Assembly: GCA_040954595.2 (NCBI GenBank)
Contig: CM082586.2
Coordinates: forward strand, 5,318,509-5,382,508
Length of the DNA: 64,000 nucleotides
From: Balanoglossus misakiensis
Lineage: Eukaryota; Animalia; Hemichordata
Direction of reading: 5' to 3'
Positions 56,402 to 64,000 of the stretch are shown here, in pieces; positions within the stretch are counted from its first letter, which is position 1, and every line of letters begins with the position of its first letter. The notes under the pieces are model-generated. The model had not been told where the DNA came from and did no database searches. It saw nothing but the letters and a program-made list of their open reading frames with translations. Made by a program: the position numbers and the translations under genes.

Positions 56402-57237
56402 ACACGTGTGTTTTATTGAACATGTACCATGTTTGTACTACATGAGCTGACATAATGTAAAGACCCACTCACTCTTAAGCTTGCTACCGTCTGTTCACTC
56501 AGTCGTCACGCTCTTCGGTTAGCACTTCTTCAAGAAATTAAGAAAAATATCATCTCTGCGTCTAGTATTCTCACACTGTGATCACGTGCCACTATTATGC
56601 AGCAGAAATTATATAATTTAGCTCGGGTGTTGTGTATTGCCCTTCATCCATGCACACTTCTTACCTGACGGCCCTGTGTAAGCATGGAAGCAAATTCTCC
56701 ACAGCTTCAAAATTCAAAAATGGTTGCCTAGCGACCGGGTAATACCGGTATATACCGAGGAAATCATAAAGCTTCACATTTACACCACACACTTAACTAC
56801 CCATCTTTGTCACTCCCTAGCAACGGAATCAAAAATGGCTGCCTATAGCAACCAGGTAGAAAACGTTGAACTTGCAATTTCTAACAGCTTGCCTTGCGCT
56901 TTATGATTATGATCACTTCAAATCTGTACAGAGGACATCTTCAACCCTACCCATTCATTATGTTCGAATGCGTGTGTATAGTTCATTTTACGTAATATAA
57001 AAAATAAAACCTTTGTCATAATAACTATTATTGGCGTGAATATGTTTATTTTTGTCATTGTGTTTCATGTTTGCCTTTCCGACGAGTGTTACCGTAAAAC
57101 CAAATTGACTATCCAACCCAAACTGTGGTAACGTTGGTTTTTAACATTCGCCCTTTTTCCTATCTTCAATGACACTGTATTATCGTGGCTTCTGTGCACC
57201 AATCTAAAATCATGCCATCGTATCATTACCAATCTGA

Positions 57238-58165
57238 CAAAACTCTCTCTGCAAACAAATTTCCACTCAACGCTGATTCGACTTCAAGGTGACGGGTTGG
57301 GAACCTACGCTAATGTTTTTACAAATCTAAAAAATGCAGGCCTACAGATATCACTGTTGAGGAAAAAGGTTCAGAATGGCCTAACACGGGACAACAAAGC
57401 TATGTTCAAAATGCACGATTGTGGGGGCGCTGTACACAGTTAACCGGGGTAGTTAAAATAACGCCGCAATTGTTTTAAGTGAGTACTCGGTAATAGTCAA
57501 TAATGTGTCCTAAAATGGCCCATATATGCTGCGAAAATAGTATAACCCTCCCCCGAACCCTGTTGCAAGACTCCGCTGCTCCAAATCGCATAACCATTAA
57601 ATTTATTCTGGACTTTTTTTAAGGACGCCCCCATCGGATAGTCAAAGAAAATGAAACTGCGTCACGTTCTTTGGAAACAATCGTCATAATTTTGGAGTTG
57701 TCAGCGTAGTTGCCGTTCTGTTCTGTTCTGTCCGGCGAGATACAGTTAGTCAGGAATCCGCAATCGCAATAAATACTGCGAAGGAAGCAGGTAGGTATGT
57801 GTATTACAGTATATTATGTGCCAGTGCCGTTTCCATGTAGAGCACATACACAAACTGTGTTTGAAATATTCAATTGGTAATCTATTAAACACGGACGACA
57901 AAACGAGTTAAGAACAGCGGCAAAATGAACATTGACCAATGGTTTAGATATAAACGTTTGCCAATAGAACCCCCCCCAAATATAAATCTGGTTATATTTG
58001 ATAAAAAAAGTTCGGGTAACATCACTCAATCCGTTGGACAACGTTCATTTTTCTATAATTCTTATCTCTTCCTGGTGTACCTGTTAGTAAATTAAATTGT
58101 ATCTGTACTACACGAATTTGAAAACGGCAATTTGGCAAACAAACTTCTGTAATATTGTCCAAACG
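57238..58165 (+). repeat. Segmental duplicate, copy 1: upstream region and 5'UTR exon of the IFI44-like gene
   Basis: Colinear with 62732-63820 (e.g. TTTCCACTCAACGCTGATTCGACTT, GGACGCCCCCATCGGATAGTCAAAGAAAATGAAACT, GCAGGTAGGTAT, ATTGTCCAAACG). Confidence 0.9.
57645..57658 (+). promoter_or_regulatory. ISRE / IRF-binding consensus upstream of the IFI44-like gene
   Basis: AAGAAAATGAAACT matches RNGAAANNGAAACT, ~130 bp before the putative 5'UTR donor GCAG|GTAGGT at 57790. It is retained in the duplicate at 63159-63172. Confidence 0.6.
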
Positions 58166-58166
58166 G

Positions 58167-58285
58167 CACTTTCGTTATCGTTTTCAACTGAACGTAAAAT
58201 AAGCCACTTTCGTTATCGTTTTCAACTGAACGTAAAATAAGCCACTTTCGTTATCGTTTTCAACTGAACGTAAAATAAGCCACTT
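58167..58285. repeat. 38-bp tandem repeat, 3 perfect copies
   Basis: CACTTTCGTTATCGTTTTCAACTGAACGTAAAATAAGC at 58167, 58205 and 58243. Confidence 0.95.
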
Positions 58286-58847
58286 CTTGGTTCAACGAAT
58301 AGAGAAGTTTGTGGCGTCACCCGCATATTAATGCTTAACTGGTGTCAACAATGTTATGCTGTTGATGGATCGCTAAAGGTCATACATATGACCCTTTGTT
58401 TTGTGAGCATTTTCCATGGAGGTTTTAGATTTATTCTCGCTATTTCTGAAAGCAGCAACGATCAAATTTCATTTTAGGGTACTAATTCACACCAAATTCT
58501 ATCCTAGATGGTGCTTTTTCTTATCAAATGTCCTCTGTCACACTTTTGTGTTTTCATTATGTACCAACTTATAGGCGTAAAGTTCAGAGGTTACTTTATA
58601 TTGTTATTGAAACAAAGACAACTTTGTCTGACTTGGCACATTTATTATAACCTTTGGCATTCGTGTTGGCGATCAACTGTGGTAAACAAAGACAGTCGAA
58701 GAGTAGGCGTACTATAAAACACTCCTTGTTATCGCTATGCATGCAAATACAAATATAGATTGACAGCATATCTCTTTTAGCGAAGTCTTGAATAAATACG
58801 GTTTTAGAAACTCTTTTTATCTGATTTTTTTTTTAATTTATACAGAC

Positions 58848-60766
58848 ATGGACGCTGGCACATTGATAATAATTATGTCGATAGTGGTTGGTGCTTTCAC
58901 GTTGATCGATTGGTACTTAATACCATACATCCAGGACAATTGTAAGTGCATAATATATATAGAGCGGATATTGCCTTGAATGTGTTGTTTCTACACCTGG
59001 ACCTCATGGCAAACAAATATATTTACGTGTAAAGACTCTTGATGTTCAACAGTACTGAATAAAAGCCAACTACACATTGTGAACAAAACACATTAAAAAA
59101 AACACACACAGTAAACATAAGCATGAAGTTTCAGCAATGAGAAAGCCCTCTTGGAAAAAACATTGTCCTCCTGCTCCATTCCCGCCCCTGGTTGCATTGC
59201 GCTAATGGGAAAGGGTCAGCTGCGGATGGATCTAGATCGTAATTGACACATGTTTATTCCTCAAGGGTAGGTTGCAAATATTGTCACTCCAGCTCATGCC
59301 ATTAATGTTGATTTTCTACATATGCAGATACTAGTATATTGGTATACGTTAGGCGTGTAGGCACTGAAAACCCGGAACCCGTTACAGTTCAGAAAGGCAA
59401 CACAATTATTGACCTCGTAAAAATTATTAAACGTATCTACGGATTGGCCGAAAAAGAAATCTTGTTGTACGAACCCGTGGTGACGGAAGGAACCATCAGC
59501 ATGCCATTGAGGTTTAACGTCCCTCTCTCTAAATATGACGGGAAAGAACTGGTATTTTACACCAAAGGGGATACCCCATCATACGGTAAATATTCCAGAT
59601 AAATCTATTATGTTGTATGTGTACTTTTTCAGTCGTAGCATTTTTGGCCATGCACATTCCTATCGACACACGTGCATCGTCCGTCGGTCTCTAATAGTAA
59701 ACTATCTGTGTTTTCTAAAGATCATACTAATCATCTATGCCTGTAATTTTGTAACTATGAGGATTTCGTTCTAGTTTTATTTTTCGAAATGAATAATGGT
59801 GTATTTGTGTAAGTTTCATTCTTTCACGATAATCAGTTTGAAAATATCCATGGAACTTATTACTCCGTTGGACCTGTATTTGTCTTAAATAGGGATTATT
59901 ACGTGTGTAGCTATTCTTTTTTACCATGATTTTCTGTGTAAATTCAGAGTCATAATTTTACATAAATTATTTCTGAAGATCTTACAAGTTACATGATAAT
60001 TAACATCCGTTTATCATTTGCATTCACAGATAACATCCAGAAACATGTTTGCGGACAAAATATTGCTTGCACTGGAGCTCCTGGCCATGGAAAATCATCC
60101 TTCATTAACACTGTCATGAGGGTAATTATTTACTGCTTTAAATAATTTAGTACCGTAAACATCTGGGTTGATGAAAAAAACAAGGGTCAGTACATTCCTT
60201 CCATACAGCTCAGTCTGTTTTCATTGTAAATGTTATTTATGTTTAGGCTCTTGGAAAGGAAGCATGTGCTACAACATTTCGTCGGACAGGGGCTACAGGT
60301 ACACACGTATACACGCCATATGAAGTTGACATTAGTGGAGCAGCCTTCAAATTATGGGATGTGCCGGGTTCTGCCATCCAAAGGTTTGCAGGGTCTGAGC
60401 AAACGACAGGCATTGAAACAATTATGACTGGCAAAGAAAAGGAGCACGCAAAGATAGGAGAAAAGACGCAAAAACGTGGTGATAAATCAAGAAAGATTCA
60501 TGCGGCTATTTCCTTTCAAATGGGGACAGCAATGACCGAAGGGATGCACAGCGAGGTCTTACACGTTGCAACACGTATAGGTATGTCAATTAGGAGGATT
60601 TCATAATACATACATACATACATACATACATACATACATACATACATACATACATACATACATACATACATACATACATACATACATACATACATACATA
60701 CATACATACATACATACATACATACATACATACATACATACATACATACATACATACATACATACA

Positions 60767-60831
<65 letters not shown>

Positions 60832-61240
60832 ACACGCACACACGCACACACACACACACACATATGGTGGTGGTATTGGAGTTCCTCGATTTAAAATTAA
60901 TACACTGATTAAAAAATACTAATTAATACACTGATATAATGCATTTTCAGGGCGCGGGATACCCGTGTTCCTGATAGTGACCCACCTTGACAAAATGGAT
61001 ACAGATAAACTGAAGCAGTACAAACAAAACATTTCAAACGAAGTCGGCATCGACCTGGGCAATATCTTCCTGATTACAAACTACGATGGCAGTGATGGTG
61101 ATGGTATCGCCCAATTCAAGGAAGACCCTCAGAGAGATTTATACGTGCGGGCCATTCTGACGAGAATATTAGCGGCGTCAAAGACCTACATGGAGCAAGC
61201 CCCTGATGATGAAGAATTGGTCAGCTGCAACATTTTGTGA
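58848..61240 (+). CDS. IFI44-like P-loop GTPase with N-terminal TM segment, ubiquitin-like domain and C-terminal CaaX (~355 aa)
   Basis: Exons 58848-58941 (hydrophobic), 59328-59585 (beta-grasp-like VYVRR...TIIDLVKIIKRIYGLAEKEILLY), 60030-60121 (G1 GAPGHGKSSFINT), 60247-60580 (GT; G3 LWDVPG; KIHAA), 60951-61240 (G4-like VTHLD, ITNY, AILTRILAAS, ends CNIL). Confidence 0.8.
60606..60862. repeat. (TACA)n plus (CA)n microsatellite in intron 4 of the IFI44-like gene
   Basis: Directly visible. Confidence 0.97.
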
Positions 61241-61395
61241 AAATAAAATCAGTGAGAACTAAGCCTGTCTTTGTGAATACAAAATGTATCAGCAATGTCA
61301 GTGTTGTAACCTGTGAGCTGATAGGTTACAGCATTCGTGAACCAGGTGTTGGAAGTGCGACCTGTCAAGGAACTGACCAATGAAAAAAAACCTTA

Positions 61396-61806
61396 GGCCA
61401 GAGAGAAAAAAAATCTTGTTCATCGGATTTTTTTGGACCAAGTTCCAGGAGCGGCGAGCGAATATTTTTATTTTTATATTTTTTTAGGCTGAAGGTAAAT
61501 GCGGTTCTCTGTCATATTTGCACAGATGCAGACAAGGCGAGATAATTGCTTCCCTTTTAACCAGAAATATCTCAGACACTGTAACTGAATTCAATACTAC
61601 ATTTCCCAACAATAACATAGGCAATTAACTTTACAGTTGGTGTTTGCACAACATATTCTGGCCACCAGCGGCAGTGACTAAGAATTTTGAGTAATTTTGT
61701 AACACGGAAGTAGAATAAGTTTGCAGAGATCCAAAAAAAAAAAAATCCAAATCAGCCAAAGTAGAAGCGGCGATTCCGATGAACAATTTATTTTTTCTTC
61801 CTGGCC
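61396..61806. mobile_element. PIF/Harbinger-like MITE just downstream of the IFI44-like stop codon
   Basis: Imperfect TIRs GGCCAGAGAGAAAAAAAATCTTGTTCATCGGA / TCCGATGAACAATTTATTTTTTCTTCTGGCC with TTA on both sides. Confidence 0.75.
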
Positions 61807-62445
61807 TTACGCGACTGCTGCATATATAGCTTTTATGTTTCTTCAAATATGTAAATGAGAACAAATATTGCAACGGTACTAATCATTTTGTTGTGTGTTT
61901 TTTTTCCTGAATTTACGAGTATTTTGGAAAGTTATGGTTACACAAGTTATTGCTCGATTTTACGTAGTTTAGCATCGTCATTGTAGACATAACAGATGTA
62001 TTTTCTCCGTCCTTCAATAAGCAAGTTCTTCTTCTCAGAGAGGTATTTTTACGCATATATGTATTTGATAGCAAACCTCCAGTTCTGTTTCTGCAAATTA
62101 CGATAACAATTTCTTTAGTTACACTGTTTTCGTAGAAAATTTAATAAATTCATTGTCGAGAGAGGCTTCTGATGACACTTTTAATAAAGTTTTTTATCGA
62201 GAGATTTTAAACATACAAATAGTCTGTATGGAAATTTATATTCAGAATAGAAACAGAATTTGAAAAATATTATCGGTGAACAAGTGAGTCCCTCTGACTC
62301 ACACAAAAAGCACGTTAACAAAAAATATTTTAATATTTGAATTTATTGTGTTCTATTCTTTAAATGTTTTGTTTTATTATTTTGTGATCAATGTATCGCA
62401 TTTCAGTGCTGCATTATAAATTACCCAAATAGAGATAATAAAGAT

Positions 62446-62590
<145 letters not shown>

Positions 62591-62731
62591 ATTAGCACAT
62601 ACGCCGTAAGAAAAGAAGCCCATGAAATAGATCATTTTCCGATGGCCACGAGACTGCGAGTTCTCGCGTGGCTAGTTTATGTGGGAAGATATTCTCTTCG
62701 CCTACTCTAGTCTACTCTAGTCTACTCTAGG

Positions 62732-63820
62732 CAAAACTCTCTCTGCAAGAAGATTTCCACTCAACGCTGATTCGACTTTAAGGTGACGGGTTGGGAACCT
62801 ACGCTAATGTTCTTACAAATCTAAAAAAAATGCAGGCCTACAGATATCACTGTTCAGGAAAATAGTTCAGAATGGCCTAACACGGGACAACAAAGCTATG
62901 TTCAAATTGCACGATTGTGGGGGCGCTGTACACAGTTACACTTAATGTGAACCGAGGTAGTTAAAATAACGCCGCAATTGTTTTAATGGGGTACTCGGTA
63001 ATAGTCAATAAATGTGTCTTAAGAAATTACCCATTTATGCTGCGAAATAGTATAACCATTCCCTGAACCCCGTTGCAAGCTTGCCCTGCTGCAAATCGTA
63101 TAACCATTAAATGTACTGAGTCCAGACTTTTTTTAAGGACGCCCCCATCGGATAGTCAAAGAAAATGAAACTAGAATTTTGACAAGAGGTGGAGTAACCT
63201 GCGTCTGGGTCTTCGGAAAGAATCATCATAATTTTGGAGTTGTCAGCGTAGTTGCCGTTCTGTCCGGGAAGATACAGTTAGTCAGGAATCCGTAATAAGT
63301 AGAAGGCAGCAGGTAGGTATTAAAGATATGTATACTAGTATCATACATGTAACTTTGGAACTTCAAGTTGTCTGATTGTTGTTCAAGTAGGCTTAAATAC
63401 GTTAAAATCTGTGGTATTGTCTTTTCATTCACACCTAATCATTTTAAATAGCATGTTTAGTCGAAAAGACCAATGAAACCGCTATTATTACAGTAGATTA
63501 TATGCCCGTGCCGTTTCCGTGTAGAGCACATACACAAACTATTCAATTGGTTATCTATTAAATACAGACGACAAAACAAGATAAGAACAGCAGCAAAATC
63601 AACGTTGATCTTCCCCCTAATCCCCCACAACATAAAACTGGTTATATGTGATTGAAAAGTTCTGGTAACATCACTAAATCCATTGGACAACGTTCATTTT
63701 TCTAGTCCGATCTTATTCTGGTGTCTCTCATATAGATAACCAATTGTACGTTCCAAACACATTTTGTATGTGTACTACACTAATTTGGAAACGACAAATT
63801 GACAAGCCATTGTCCAAACG
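62732..63820 (+). repeat. Segmental duplicate, copy 2 of the IFI44-like upstream region
   Basis: Colinear with 57238-58165 with a few insertions; keeps the ISRE (63159-63172) and the GCAG|GTAGGT donor (~63312). Confidence 0.9.
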
Positions 63821-64000
63821 ACATAAGCTAAACACAGTGTTGACACGATGCACGTCTGAACTGAGCCTTCAGACCTGATCAGCACATTCGTCATAGTTTT
63901 CAATCGTTCGGAAAAGTTACTCAGCAAATAAGCCATGTCTGTGTTAAACGACCAGAGACGCTGGTAGCGTCACAAGCAGACTAATACTTAACGGGATGAT

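Noticed and set aside
58167-58285. 38-bp repeats as a CRISPR array
   Set aside because: The repeats are directly adjacent with no spacers, there are no cas genes, and the DNA is eukaryotic.
60516-60863. ORFs with (MYVC)n
   Set aside because: Antisense translations of an intronic TACA microsatellite; the same applies to the (NQSI)n ORFs at 62377-62635.

Overview
Intron-rich, AT-rich animal genomic DNA, most consistent with an invertebrate deuterostome (hemichordate/amphioxus-like; this is an inference from gene content and repeats). I rebuilt gene models by hand from GT-AG sites and reading-frame phase. Left to right: last exon of an ST8Sia-like sialyltransferase (+); a 3-exon acidic protein of unknown function (-); adenylate kinase 2 (+) with two alternative P-loop-encoding first exons and a probable alternative last exon; five tandem GAREM/THEMIS-like CABIT-domain adaptor genes (+), with EIF2B4 (-) sitting between the first and second; a membrane-anchored NB-ARC(STAND)-TPR NLR-like gene (-) with a SAM-like domain inserted inside the NTPase module; a complete ST8Sia-like sialyltransferase (-); and a TM-ubiquitin-like-IFI44-type GTPase-CaaX gene (+) whose ISRE-bearing upstream region is duplicated at the window end. 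There are also several MITEs and microsatellites. The main candidate system is an innate-immune signalling locus: CABIT-SAM adaptors (two with ITAM- and ITIM-like motifs, one with a WH2-like motif, one lacking SAM) next to a SAM-containing NLR-like sensor and an ISRE-driven IFI44-like GTPase. No database searches were run, and all functional links are inference.
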